DNA of 64,000 nucleotides from the human T2T-CHM13v2.0 reference genome, Homo sapiens. The stretch lies in NCBI RefSeq assembly GCF_009914755.1, contig NC_060936.1; one strand, 5' to 3'. Both the position numbers and the translations under genes were made by a program. Shown here piece after piece: positions 1-14,546 of the stretch. Position 1 is the first letter of the stretch. Each line of letters begins with the position of its first letter. Under the pieces are notes generated by a model. That model did not search any database. It had not been told where the DNA came from and saw only the letters and a program-made list of their open reading frames with translations.

Positions 1-744
1 CCATTCTTTACCAGTTTGAATATTGACACAACTGCAGACCATCGTAATCTTATTTCAGGATGTTAAAATTCCAGTATTCAGAGCATTTGAAGCTGTGCAA
101 ATGTCTTTCTGGGGCACATAAAAAAATCAAAGTATTATCATTGGTTTTATTCCCTCACTGCCTTGTAGCATATACAAACTGAATCTCAGAGATTCCGGTA
201 AACTTATTTCCATTTCTATGTCAGTGAAGCCAAAAGAGAAAAAGTTATTATCTGGAAGCACACAGTGGAGAGCCAAACCTCAGACTTACACATCAATGAA
301 AATTAAAGTGTCTCTTGACAAGATAGGTCAAATATCAATGATGTGTGGCTACTTAGTGGTCAATCTAATTCACTCTCTAATAAATATGAAGCACCCCATA
401 GTCAGTTTTATAATAAATAGAGTCACAGCTGACTGTTTGTCTTTGATTAAATATCACCTTTGCTATTTAATTCAGTTATTTCAGAAAGAGTTTTGACATT
501 TGACTCTAAATAACACATTTTGTTTTTTTTGAAAAATAAAGGTCTTTCAATGTCTATCTCCTTCCATTTCCTTTAATTCATAAAAACATGGTATTTCATA
601 GATGTGACTTCTCTTGATCTTAGCAACAGTCATATTATTAGTAACACTATGTGTTCTACATTGCTTACTTCTATGCTGTGTTTTATAAACAGAGAGCTAT
701 AATAGGTATTATGAGGAATATTAGAACAGTGCTGTCCAGTAGAA

Positions 745-1307
745 TGTAGTAGTGAGATAACCTTCTCTCTTCCCTCTGTAATAACTGAGTCTGTTGAAAT
801 AAACTGACAGTAGATTGACAGGAGAAAAGGTATACAAGTTTATTACATGCACAGTGACATTACAGGAATCTGACTGTCCAATAATCCAATGAGATTCAGA
901 AGCTTAAATAACCTTCTTAATAGGGGAGAGGGAAGTGGGGGCTGTAGGCATTTTAGTTAAAAAGTAAGTGATTTTTAGGGGAGATGAATGGGCCCAAAGA
1001 ACAGACAATAGCCTAGGAAAAAATTCCTCTGGGCTCTAGGTCTGGTGTTGTAACTAGTCTTCTTTCCTGTGAGTTAATCATCCCTGTTCAATGAGGCTAT
1101 AGGGAGGGGGGCTCAAGACAATTGCATTCCTTCTGAGGGAGCTTTCCTTCCTCGATAAAGAAACTTCAGAGAAAGCTTGTCCCTGTGGGATGGACTGGAG
1201 GGCAGGAGGAGTTCAGAGAGACCTTGGTTCTGAGGCTACTTTTTAGTTTAAAGTACTCAGCATGTCAAAGTGCCATGCTTTGGGGTATGATTTTCTGAGC
1301 CCCAACA
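745..1307 (-). mobile_element. ERV1 solo LTR, MER34/MER39-like
   Basis: Minus strand begins tgttggggctcagaaaatcataccccaaa; TG...CA ends; 4-bp target-site duplication (TSD) agaa on both sides. Confidence 0.75.
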
Positions 1308-1393
1308 AGAACCCTCTGTAATGATAGAAATATTTTGTATCTATACTGTCTAACATGATAGCAACTAGCCACATGTGGCTATTGAGCACTTGA

Positions 1394-1724
<331 letters not shown>

Positions 1725-1762
1725 GAAACTGAATTCTTAATTTTATTTAATGCTAATTTATC

Positions 1763-2057
1763 TTGTTTATTTATTTTGAGGTGAAGTCTCACTCTGTTGC
1801 CCAGGCTGGAGTACAGTGGCACAATCTTGGCCCACTGAAACCTCCGCCTCCGAGTTCAAGCGATTCTCCTGCCTCAGTCTTCTTAGTACCTGGGATCACA
1901 GGTGCCTGCCACCATGCCTGGCTAATTTTTGTATTTTTAGAAGAGATGGGTTTTCGCCTGTTGACCAGGCTGCTCTTGAACTCCTGGCCTCAGGTGATTC
2001 TCCCACCTAGGCCTCCCTAAGTGCTAGGATTATGGGCATTAGCTACCATGCCTGGCC
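1763..2057 (-). mobile_element. Alu (older S/J)
   Basis: Alu dimer on the minus strand. Confidence 0.9.
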
Positions 2058-2937
2058 AACTTACTTTATTTAGTGCTAATTATTTAAAATTTAAATATTT
2101 GAAATTAAACAGTTAATGGCTACTGTACTGGGCATTGCAGTTCTAGAACAAAAGTAGCCATTAGTTTTCTGCCAGAACTTAGAATCCAAATGGATTGTGT
2201 GCAGAAGTGGGTGGCCGTCAAGGAGCATGGTTTGAGAACAACTGCAAACTATTGAGTAAAATTTAAAATCATACCAAATATATATAAAAGTTGACATTAT
2301 CTAATGGAGTGATCTGAGGGAGATGAGGTTAATGCAAGGAAAACTTGCGGAGAAAATGGGATTTCAGGACCTGCTATGACGGAGGAGGAGCAGACAGAAA
2401 TGAAGAAGGGTCTGACAGGTGTGGAAGATATGAACCAATAAGGAACAGTCGATGAGAGAGAGGGAGGAGGTTCACACCCATCCTGATGGAAGACTCTGAG
2501 GCACAAGTGAAGCAAATGTGGTTATTGACCCTGACTGAAGCCTTTCTTGGATAGTGTGGACACTCTAAGGGAAAGGTGACTGGAGAAGAAGAAAATAAAC
2601 CAGAGAGAAAAACATTATGTAAAAAGCAATGTTCAAGTGCTTTGACATGCCATATCTTTCATTGTTTCCTGTATTTCCTAAAAATGGTTTCAAGTGCTAA
2701 TAGATTAGCCTGTTTATATATAGAAATGTTTTATTTTAGGCCATATTATCTTCTGATATTTAACTATTTATAGCTTTAAAATAAAACAAATAATTTGAAG
2801 TTGATAATCTTTAAGGATATAAGATTTTGTTTGAAAAGACCTTTTAACTTATTTTCTTATTTTCTTGCAGTCTTATAAATACTCAAAGGTGTCAACGTTT
2901 CCAATGGACTCTTGGATTCAAATAAAAATATATTGGA

Positions 2938-3686
<749 letters not shown>

Positions 3687-4529
3687 CTAGGAATATTGAT
3701 TACTAACACCCAAAGTTCATCTGTTTCATGTGTTTCCTGTGAAGAACATTCTTTTTATTTTTATTTTATTTTAGTTTTTGTTCATTTTGCTTTTTTGTTA
3801 GTCAATAATCTTAAATATGTGTAGAACACTATAATGGGCACCTGGGAAGATAAAAAATATATAGAAGACATAGTCTATAATGAGATTTTAAAAACCATTT
3901 ACTTATCTGCATATCTTTTTATTCTTGAATAAACTTTTACAAGACAGATATAGCCCTATGATTATAACATTATAGTATGTTGGCACACACAAAAAATTGA
4001 GCTAACAGGAAATGATTGAGTTTTCACAAACATCAATGTTTTACTGTGCACACAAAGACACTGAGAAAGAAATATCTGGCCAAGAGAGAGGTGAGAAAAA
4101 TCAGTGTTTAACATTGCAAAGGATTTGCAAATGTGCAAAAGTTTAAATTTTTGCAAATTAAAAACATGAGAACACAACCTGCTTAAAGTTTTCCTTACAA
4201 AAATTCCCTCATTTGAAATTCCCTTTCTTCATCTAAATTTTAGGCCAAAGGTAAAGTCATAATAGAAGACTATGGAAAGAAAAGCAGATACATATCATTT
4301 AGGAATAACAATATGGAGGGAAAAAAGTATAAAATGAAGCTTGAAGGTGGTTGGCATTTATTTTCCCTCATCTCTTAAAATGTTGAAGACATTGCATTCT
4401 ATTTCAATATAATATATTTAGTGTATTAACATCTTCACCAATTACACTAAGCTATCTGACCTGACCTCTACTTAAGATAAATGCTTTTTTGGTGATTTCC
4501 TAATGTCATTACTATTATATACAACACAA

Positions 4530-4798
4530 AAAACAAATGTGGTAGTTATTCTTGATTGGATCCTAGATTTAAAAAACAGAACACAAAAAAAAAACCTCAA
4601 CAGGGCATTTTAAAGACAATGGAGAAGATTTGAACATTGGGTAGATATTAGATAATTTTATTATGTTAACGTAAAACTTCTTTGGTGTGATAATAGAATA
4701 GTGATTATAAAAAAGAATGTCCTTTCTCTTAGAAAACAATGGTGAAGTACTTGGAGATGGAGTCTCATGATGTCTGCAATACACTTTCAAGTGGCTCA
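4530..4798 (+). mobile_element. Old L1ME-type 3' fragment
   Basis: cttgattggatcctaga...gggtagatattagataat...catgatgtctgcaatacactttcaa is typical of L1MC/ME 3' UTR. Confidence 0.6.
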
Positions 4799-4799
4799 G

Positions 4800-5106
4800 T
4801 TTTATTTATTTATTTACTTAGAGACAGGGTCTCGCTCTGTCACTCAGGCTGGAGTGCAGTGGCCCAACCATGGCTCACTGCAGCCTAGACCTCCCAAACT
4901 CAAGTGATCCTCCTGCCTCAGCCTCCTGAGTAGCTGGGACCACAGATGTGTGCCACCACACCCAGCTAATTTTTCAATTTTTTGTGGAGACAAGGTCTCA
5001 CTATGTTGCCTAGGTTGGTCTCCAACTCCTAGGCTCAAGTGATCCTCCCACCTTGGGTCCCCACAGTGTTGAGATTATAGGCATGAGCCACTGCACCTGG
5101 CTAGGC
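4800..5106 (-). mobile_element. AluJ
   Basis: Alu dimer with J-type ctcaagtgatcctcc. Confidence 0.9.
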
Positions 5107-5229
5107 TCAGCTTTAAAAAGAGGCACATTGCTGCACAGGCAGATAGGACGTAGATAGACAGATAGACAGACAGACAGAGAGAGAAAGCAAATGTGGCAAA
5201 TGCTGACAATTATTGTATGCAATTAGCGT

Positions 5230-5840
5230 ATCCAAGCCATCCTGTCCTAACTCTTGCCATGGTTGGGACACAAATGCAAATGAAGACTATTCAGCCACGT
5301 GCCTAAATACTTAAAGTTTTATAAGGCAAGTTAACAAAATAAAAAAAGATGTACTAACTGTTACTTTGACCGCATATCTTCATAATAACTTAGAAGCCAA
5401 GATCACATTTAAAATTTGCAAACTCCTATAAGATTTATGCTAGCACACAGCAATGCAAGGAGAGCCAGCCTCCAGTCATCTGGCCAGGAGCTGGGTTTCC
5501 CTTCTCCTCCTAGCCCTCGGTCCATCCTGCACATATGTGTGGACACCCCAGTTCATATGTTCAAACACCATCCATGCTACAGTTATCCACTCCCACTCCC
5601 ACTCCCACAGTTGGTCCTTGGCCACCTTTTGGTCTAGGAGTGTGCATAGTGAATATGGTCTAACCTCAAGTAAGCAGACTCCAAAAAGATGAAAGTAGCA
5701 GGGATTCTGTACTCTAGGATATCTGAATCATGAAATAAAAATAATAAGGAGAGGTGGGAGATAGGCCCCAGATGGACATGCCCGTCAGCCAGAATATTCC
5801 CCAGCCCTTGGGGATGGGCAAGGCTGAGGACAAGCAAAGG
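5230..5840 (+). mobile_element. MER115/Zaphod-like hAT-Tip100 fossil
   Basis: gcctaaatacttaaagttttataaggcaagttaacaaa...atatcttcataataacttagaagccaag resembles recalled MER115. Confidence 0.55.
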
Positions 5841-6038
5841 AGATCTGTAAAGTGTGGGGCAGTACTGGATTTAGGTGAAGTGATATGGATTTTTGTTGAA
5901 CGTATTCTTTCAATTTTTTTCCAGGTTTATTGAGGTATAATTGACAAATAAAAATTGTATATATTTAAGCATACAGTGTAATATTTTGATATATGTATAT
6001 ATTGTAAATGAGTACCACAATCAAGCTAATTACCTCAC

Positions 6039-6040
<2 letters not shown>

Positions 6041-6076
<36 letters not shown>
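6041..6076. repeat. (TG)n microsatellite
   Basis: Directly visible. Confidence 0.95.
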
Positions 6077-6077
<1 letters not shown>

Positions 6078-6102
6078 TGAGAACACTTAAGATCTACTCT
6101 TG

Positions 6103-6373
6103 AGGGCGTGGTGGCTCACGCCTGTAATTCTAGCACTTTGGGAGGCCAAGGCAGGTGGGTCCCTTGAGCCCAGGAGTTCCAAACCAGCTGGGCAACATGA
6201 TGAAATCCTCTCTCTACAAAAATTAGCCACGTGGCATGTCTGTAGTCCTAGCTACTCAGGAGGCTGAGGTAGGAGGATCGCCTGAGCCGGGGTGGTCATA
6301 GCTGCAGCGAGCTGTGATGGCACCACTGCGCTATAGCCTGAGCGACAGAGCAGGACCCTGTCTAAAAAAAAAA
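6103..6373 (+). mobile_element. AluJ inside the L1
   Basis: Alu dimer with poly-A. Confidence 0.9.
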
Positions 6374-6696
6374 GCATACAATGCAATATTATTTGCCATA
6401 GTCATCATGCTGTACATTAGAACTCCAGAACTTACTCATCTTAGAGCTGAAACTCTGTACTCTTTCACCAGCATCTCCCCATTTCCCCATCCCTCAGTGC
6501 CTGGCAACCACCATTCTGCTCTGCTTTTGTAAGTTTGATATTTTTAGATTCCATATATAAGTGAGATTACGCAGTATTTATTTTTCTTTCTGTGCCTGGT
6601 TTATTTCACTTAACGAAATGTCCTCCACATTCACCCATGTTGTCCTAAATGACAGGATTTCCTTCCTTTTTAAGGCTGACTCATATTTCATTGTAT

Positions 6697-6699
<3 letters not shown>

Positions 6700-6752
<53 letters not shown>
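6700..6752. repeat. (CA)n microsatellite
   Basis: Directly visible. Confidence 0.95.
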
Positions 6753-6753
<1 letters not shown>

Positions 6754-8139
6754 GCCACATTTTCTTCATTCATTCACAGATGGATGCTTAGCTTGATTTC
6801 AAATCTTGGTTATTGTAAATAATGCTGCAATAAACATAGAAGTGCAGATATCTCTTCAACACACTGATTTCATTTCCTTTGGATATGTACCCAGAAGTGA
6901 GATTGCTAGCTCATATGGTAATTCTATTTTAATTTTTTTGAGGAACTCCTGTACTATTTTCTATAATAGCTATACCAGTTTACATTTCCACTAACTGTAT
7001 ACAAGTATTCCCTTTTCTTCACATCCTTGCCAACACTTGTTATTTGATAATAGCCATTCTAACAGGTGTGAGGTAATATCTCATTGTGGTTTCGATTTGC
7101 ATTCTCCTGATGATTAGTGATGATGAGCAGTTTTTCATATTCCCCTTGGCTATTTGTATGTCTTCTTTGGAGAAATCCCTATTCAGGTCTTTTGCCCATT
7201 TTTTAAACTAGTCATTTGTTTTCTTGCTTGTGGAGTTGTTTGAATGCCTTATATATTTTGGATATTAGCCCATTATCAGATATAGGGTTTGCAAATATTT
7301 TCTCCTATTTCATAGGTTATCTCTATTTTCTGTTGATTGCTTCCTTTGCTGTGCAGAAGCTTCTAAGTTTGATGCAATTTCATTTACCTAAAAATAGGTA
7401 AATTTACCTATTTTTGTTGTCTAGGATTTTGAGGTCATATCTGTATGGTTTTGTTCATATCATTGTCCAAACCAATATTCATATGCTTTTGTTCATATCA
7501 TTGTCCAAACCAGTGTCAGCTTTCCACTCATGTTTTCTTCTAGTGGTTTTACCGTTTCAGGTCTTATGTTTAACTCTTTAATATATTTTGAGTTAATTTT
7601 TGCATGTGGTGTGAGATAAGTGTTCAATTTTATTTTTCTGCATGTAGATATTCAGTTTTCCCATGATCATTTATTGAAGAAGCTCTCTTTACCCCATTGT
7701 GTGTTCTTGGCACCTTCGTCAAAGATCAATTGACCACAAATATATGGATTTACTTCTGGGCTTTTTATTCTGTTTCATTGGTCTGGGTGTCTGTTTTTAT
7801 TCCAGTACCATACTATTTTGATTGCTATAGCCTTGTAGTCTATTTTGAAATCAGGTGCTGTAATGTCTCTTGCTTCATTCTTCTTCCTCAAAATTCCTTT
7901 GACTATGAATTTTAGGATTGTTTTTTATATTTCTTTGGAAAATGCCATTAGAATTTTTATAGAGATTGGATTGAATCTGTATTATTTTAGGTAGAATGGA
8001 TTTTTTAACAATATTAATTTTTCCAATCCATGATCATGGAATAGTCTTTCATTTATTTATGTCTTCTTCATTTTCATACATATTTTATAGTTTTCAGTGT
8101 ACTGTCTTTCATTTTGGTTAAATTTATTTCTAAATGGTT

Positions 8140-8552
<413 letters not shown>

Positions 8553-8941
8553 GGGGATTGTTTTCTTAATTTCTTTTTTGAATAGCTCTGGTTAGTGTAC
8601 AGAAATGCAACTACTTTCTGTATGTTGATTTTGTATCCTGTAACTTTACTGATTTTGTTTATTCTAACAGGTTTTTTGATGGAGGAGTTTTCAGGGCTTT
8701 TTCTATATATATTATCAGGTTGTCAGCAAACAAAGACCATTTTGTTCTTTATTTCCAATTTGGATGTCTTTTTTTTTTTTTAATTGAATGGAAGTGCTGA
8801 AAGTGAACATCCTTGTCTTGTACCAGATCATAAAGAAAAGCTTCTAGATTTTTAACATTGGGTACAATATTAGTTGTGTGCTTGTCATATATGGTCTTTA
8901 TTATGTTGAGGTATGTTCCTGCTACACCTAATTTGTTGATT

Positions 8942-9085
8942 TTTGTAATTTTTAAAAATTTTTATATAGAGACGGGGTTTCCCCATGTTGCCCAGGTTGG
9001 TCACGAACTCCCAGGCTCAAGTGATCCACCCACCTTGGCCTCCCAAAGTGCTAGGACTATAGGCGTGAGCCACCGCGCCCAGCCC
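8942..9085 (-). mobile_element. FLAM / Alu left monomer
   Basis: Left-arm sequence only. Confidence 0.85.
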
Positions 9086-9476
9086 CATAATTTGCTGAGA
9101 TACTTTTATCACGAAAAGATGTTGAGTGCTCTCCAGTGGTTCTTCTCTATTGAGATGATAATAGGATTTTTATGCTTCATTCTGTTAACGTGGTATATCA
9201 CATTTATTGATTTGTATCTTTGCATCCCAGGGATAAATCCCACTTGATTATGGTGTATGATGCTTTTTAATGTGCTGTTGAATTTGGTTTGCTAGTATTT
9301 TGTTGAGACTGTTCATCAGGGTTATTGATGTGTAATTTTCTTTTCTTGTATCTTTTTCTAGCTTTGGTATCAGGGTAATTCTGGCCTCATAACTTGACTG
9401 AAGTAATTCCTCATTTTCAATTTTTTGGAAAAGTTTGATAAAGAGTGGTGGTAACTGTTCTTTAAATGCTTGGTAG

Positions 9477-9600
9477 GGCCAGGCATAGTGGCTCGCACCT
9501 ATAATTTCAGCTCTTTGGGAGGCCAAGGCAGGAGGATGGCTTGAGGCCAGGAGTTTCAACCCAGCCTGGGCAACATAGTAAGACCCTGTCTCTATAAAAA
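9477..9600 (+). mobile_element. FLAM / Alu left monomer
   Basis: ggccaggcatagtggctcgcacc...gaccctgtctctataaaaa. Confidence 0.85.
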
Positions 9601-9635
9601 TACATATATATATCTACTTTAAATTAATTAATTAA

Positions 9636-9951
<316 letters not shown>

Positions 9952-10576
9952 AAAAAATTAAGAAAATTGTTAAATACTTGATAGAATTAATCAGTGAAGC
10001 TATCAGGACCTGAGATTTTCTTTGTTGTGAGGGTTTTTGATTACTGATTCAATCTCGTTACTCGTTACTGGTCTGTTCAGATTTTTACTTTTTCATGATT
10101 TAGTCTTGGTAGGTTGTATGTTTCTAGGAATTTATTCAGTTCTCCTAGGTTATCCAATTTGTTCAAATATAATTGTTCAGAGTAGTTGCTTATGATCCTT
10201 TGTTTTTCAGGGGTATCAGTTGCAATGTTTTCTTTTATTTTTAATTTATTTGAGTCTTCTCTCTTTTTAATTAGTCTAGTGAAAGGTTTATTTATTTTAT
10301 CTTCAAAGAAAACCAACTCTTAGTTATGTTTATCTTTTCTATTGTTTTCTAGTTTCTCATTTATTTCTGCTCTAATCTTTATTATTTCCTCCTTTCTGCT
10401 AACTTTGGTCTTAGTTTGTTCTTTTTTTAGTTTCTCTTGAGGTGTAAAGTTAGGTTGCTAATCTTAATGTAAGCATTAATTGTTATAAACTTCCTTCTTC
10501 AAAATACTTCTGTTGCATTCTTGGTATACAACTTTTGGTATGTTTTGTTTCTTTCATTTTTGTTTGCCTCAAGATT

Positions 10577-10887
10577 TGTTTGTTGTTGTTGTTGTTATTG
10601 TTTTGCTGTTGTTGTTGTTTGAGACAGGATCTCACTCTATCCCCCAGGCTGGAGATTAGTGCAGCCTTGACCTCCTAGGCTCAAGTGATCCTCCCACCTC
10701 AGCTTCCCTAGTAGCTGGAACTATAGGTGCACACCCCACAACACCCAGCTCATTTTTTTTCTTATTTTTTGTAGAGATGGAGTCTCAGTATGTTGCCAGG
10801 CTGGTCTGGAACTCCTGGGCTCGAGTGATCCTTCCACCTTGACCTCCCAAAGTGCTGGGATTACAGGAGTGAGCCATCGAGCCTGGC
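10577..10887 (-). mobile_element. AluJ with (GTT)n tail
   Basis: Alu dimer; flanking direct repeat tcaagat. Confidence 0.88.
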
Positions 10888-13004
10888 CTCAAGATAAATA
10901 TTTTAATTTCTTCTTTTACTCACTGGATGTTCAAGAGTGTGTAGTTTAATTTCCATATATTTGTAAATTTTCAAATTTTCCTCCTGTTACTGATTTCTGG
11001 TTTTATACCATTGTGGTCAGAAATGATACTTAATATGATTTCAATCTTCTTAAAATTTGTTAAGATTTGTTTTGTGGCCTAACATATGATCTATCTTGGA
11101 GGATATTTCATTGTGCTTCAAAAGAATGTATATTCTGCTGCTGTTGGGTAGAACATTCTGTATATGTCTTTTAGGTCCATTTCGTCTACGTTGTTGTTCA
11201 AGTCTGCTGTTTCTTTACTGAGTTTCAGTCTGGATGATCTACCCATTGTTAAAAGTGGGGTATTAAAGTCCTCTACTATTATTGTATTTCTGTCTATTTC
11301 TCCCCTCCATTCTGTTAATATTTGCTTTCTATATTTAGGTGCTCCAATATTGAGTGTATACACCTTTATAATTATTTTATCTTCTTGATGAATTGACCAC
11401 TTTATCATCGTATCATAACCGTCTTTCTCTGTTGTAATAGTTCTTGACTTAAAATCTATTTTGTTTAATATAAGCATAACAACCCTGCTATCTTTTGGTT
11501 ACCATTTACATAGAATACCTTTTTCCATCCTTTCACTTTCACCCTATGTGTGTCCTTAAAGTTAAAGTGAGTCTGTTGTAGGCGTTATATCATTGAGTCT
11601 TGGTTTTTTATGTATTCATCCACCCTCTCTATCTTTTGCTTGAAGAATTTACTCCATTTACATTTAAAATAATTATTGATAGGTAAGGGCCTACTACCAC
11701 TTTGTTAATTGATTTCTGCTATTTTGTTAATTGTTTTATAGTTCCTTTGCTCCTTTCTTCCTCTTGTGCTGTCTTCCTTTGTGATTTTTTTGAGTTTTTG
11801 CTGGAGTCCTTGGCTGGACTGGCCTGGTGCTTGGAGCTTGAGTCCTCTGAAGCGGGACTGGAGCTTGAATCCATGTGGTTGATCAGTGTGGAGCTTGGCA
11901 CTACTGGTGCTAGTCTGGTGCCTAAGGCCTTGGGATCAGCATGGAGCCTGGGGCCATGGGGGCTGGCCTGGCACTGGGGCAGCTTGAAACCTGGGTATGC
12001 AGGGGCAGGCCTGAAGCCTGGGTTTGAGGGCCCAAGCATGGAATCTGGGGATACAGGGGCTGGGCTGGACAGTCAGGCTATGGCAGCCAGCATGGTGCAT
12101 GGGGCCATGGGGACCTAGAGCCTTGGTTCAAGGACAAAGCTGGTGCTGGGACAGGCTTATACCCTGGGTCCATGTCGAGGGGGCGGTCACTTAGTGACAG
12201 GGTTCATGAGGGCAGGCCTGGTGCTGGGGTCCATGGCAAAGATGAGTGCTCACTTCACTCTCCTTCCCCCACACAGAAGGTATCTCCCTTCACTCTGTGA
12301 GCATGGGCTTAGGGAAGGGGTAATGTGAGAAACTGTCTTTCCTACTCTCTTCAGAGCATGTTTTCTTATTTCTGTGCTCTGCTCTGGTGCTGTGGTCTGT
12401 CACCTGCATTCCTTAGCTCTTGTGAAGGTGTTTCTGAGCATGAATAGTTGTTTGAATTTACCTTTCTATGAGGGTTGAGCATTGGAAACTCCTATTCCAT
12501 CATCCTGCTGATGTTACTCTGGAACCTGTCTATTCTTTCCATTTTTAACCTTAACATTTTGGGATATTTTTTCTAGTCTTTTTTCTACTTTTCTAAAAAC
12601 CCATTTTGGATTACTTAAAATTAAAAAAAAATTGTATTATGTTTTTTTCACTTAGTTTAACAATAATCACTTACCACATGATTGAAATCTCTTTGCAAGT
12701 GTTATTTTTCATATTCATAATATCCACTGCTGTTAGAGTACCAGTATATGTTTTTAATTTCTACCAAGATATTGTTTCTAATTTTTTGCTTCAATTATTA
12801 ATGCCATAATAAATATGTTTCTATTGTTTACTTCCAAAAATCGAGCCTTTCACATGCAAGCATGTCAAGGCTCTTGACATATAATGACAAAGTGCTTTCC
12901 AGAAATCTGTTTATGATATTTACATAATGTTTAAAAGCATCTGTTTCAGAAAGTATTATGGCAATCACTGTGGATGGTCTCACTTAACAACCATCTTAAC
13001 TACT

Positions 13005-13200
13005 CAGTGGTATGCTGGCTCCTTCTCCTCTTCCTCCCAAAATCCTTGCTTTGTAGATTTTGCCGATACCTGCAGTATAAAAGCTCCCACTATGGCTGAT
13101 TTCAAACTACTAAAGTGGACACCACTAAACATGGATTTGAGGACAGAGACTAACATTTGGCTTTTGAGAGCTGATAGAAGCTGGCTGTAGCAGGCCACTG
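13005..13200. mobile_element. MER63-like hAT-Blackjack fossil
   Basis: Terminal inverted repeats (TIRs) cagtggtatgctgg ... tagcaggccactg; internal ctcccactatggctgatttcaaactac. Confidence 0.65.
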
Positions 13201-13234
13201 AACTTCTTTTTCTAAAAACCCACATATCATATCT

Positions 13235-13653
13235 CACACTCCATCGAAGCTACAGTTCCACCAATCATTTCCATGTAGATGAGACTTCAGCGGAGAACCG
13301 TTAGATGCCATCTACTTGACAGCACAGATGGTGGCAGAACAGGGTGGTTCTGCAGCCAGTGATGTCCTGATCTGGCATCTTACTATACCTGTATTGAGGA
13401 CAACAGGAGTGGTAAAATTGTTTCTGCAGTCAGCAGTACCAACAGCAGCTTCCTGATTTAACATTTGTGGAGGCTGCAGCAGTGGCTTTCCCGTTCAGGC
13501 ATAGGGAGCTTCTGGGGCCTGGATTTTGCTCCTGCCTGCTCAGCCTAAGGACCAGTGACTACTTTACAGGATTTCCTAGAACCCAATCCCCTATGTTAAA
13601 TTCTTTCATATAGAGTGAGTTCTACTGTGTGCAATTGAATCCTGTTCAATACA
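13235..13653 (+). mobile_element. LTR41-like ERVL LTR (3' part)
   Basis: gctcagcctaag...cccaatcccctatgttaaattc...tgcaattgaatcctgttcaataca resembles the recalled LTR41/LTR33 3' end. Confidence 0.55.
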
Positions 13654-13798
13654 AGTCCCAGTCTATGCATGTTTTACCACTTCCAGATGTCCAAAATTGT
13701 ACTCGGGTTACAATAGCCTAGAAAAACTTTCTGTAGGAGAAAGCTTATAATATCTAAATAATAACTTGAATTTTTAATTTCAATTAAAAATTAATTGG

Positions 13799-14068
13799 TC
13801 CCAAGGCCCTAGGCACTAGACTAGCACCAGTAGTGCCAAGCTCCACACTGTCCAACTACATGGATTCAAGCTCCAGGCCTGCTTCAGAGGACTCAAGCTC
13901 CAAGCACCAGGCCAGTCCAGCCAAGGACTCCAGCAAAAACTCAAAACATCACAAAGGAAGATAGCACAAGAGGAAGAAAGGAACAAAGGAACTATAAAAC
14001 AATTAACAAAATGGCAGAAATCGATTAACAAAGTGGTAGTAGGCCTTTACCTATCAATAATTATTTTA
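13799..14068 (+). other. Inverted copy of 11665-11935 (L1 segment)
   Basis: Manual alignment gives ~14 differences in ~270 bp; ORFs 11702+ and 13816- both start MLIDFC.FVNCFIVP. Confidence 0.95.
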
Positions 14069-14546
14069 TTTTTGTAGAGACAGGGTCTCTTTATTAGTCT
14101 GTTCTCATCTGAGACTGGGTAATTTATAAAGGAAAGAGATTTAATGGACTCACAGTTCCACATGGCTGGGGACGCCTCACAATCAGGGTGGAAAATGAAG
14201 AAAGAGCAAAGGGACTTCTTACATGGCAGAGGGCAAGAGAGAGCTTGTGCAGGGGACCTCCCATTTATAATACCATCAGATCTCGTGAGACTTACATTCA
14301 CTACAACGAGAACAGCGCCAGAAAGACCCGCCCCTGTCATTCAATTACTTCCCACTGGGACCCTCCTATGACATGTGGGAATTATAGTAGCTACAATTCA
14401 AGATGAGATTTGGGTAGGATCACAGCCAAACCATATCGGTCTCATTGTCTTATCCAGGCTGGTCTTGAACTCCTGGCCTCAAGTTATCCTCCCACCTGGG
14501 CCTCCCAAAGTGCTGGGATCACAGGCATAAGCCACCATGCCCAGCC
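14061..14546 (-). mobile_element. FLAM / Alu left monomer interrupted by THE1
   Basis: tttttgtagagacagggtctc [THE1] ...ccaggctggtcttgaactcc...gccaccatgcccagcc; outer direct repeat aacttgaattttt at 13763 and 14549. Confidence 0.8.
14090..14438 (-). mobile_element. THE1 (MaLR) solo LTR
   Basis: tattagtctgttctc...actgggtaatttataaaggaaagag...cacagccaaaccatatc; 5-bp TSD gtctc. Confidence 0.9.

Noticed and set aside
12-108. Possible minus-strand exon (ccccag acceptor, CTG|GTAAAG donor)
   Set aside because: Stops occur in all frames and the donor is weak; the motifs are within chance.
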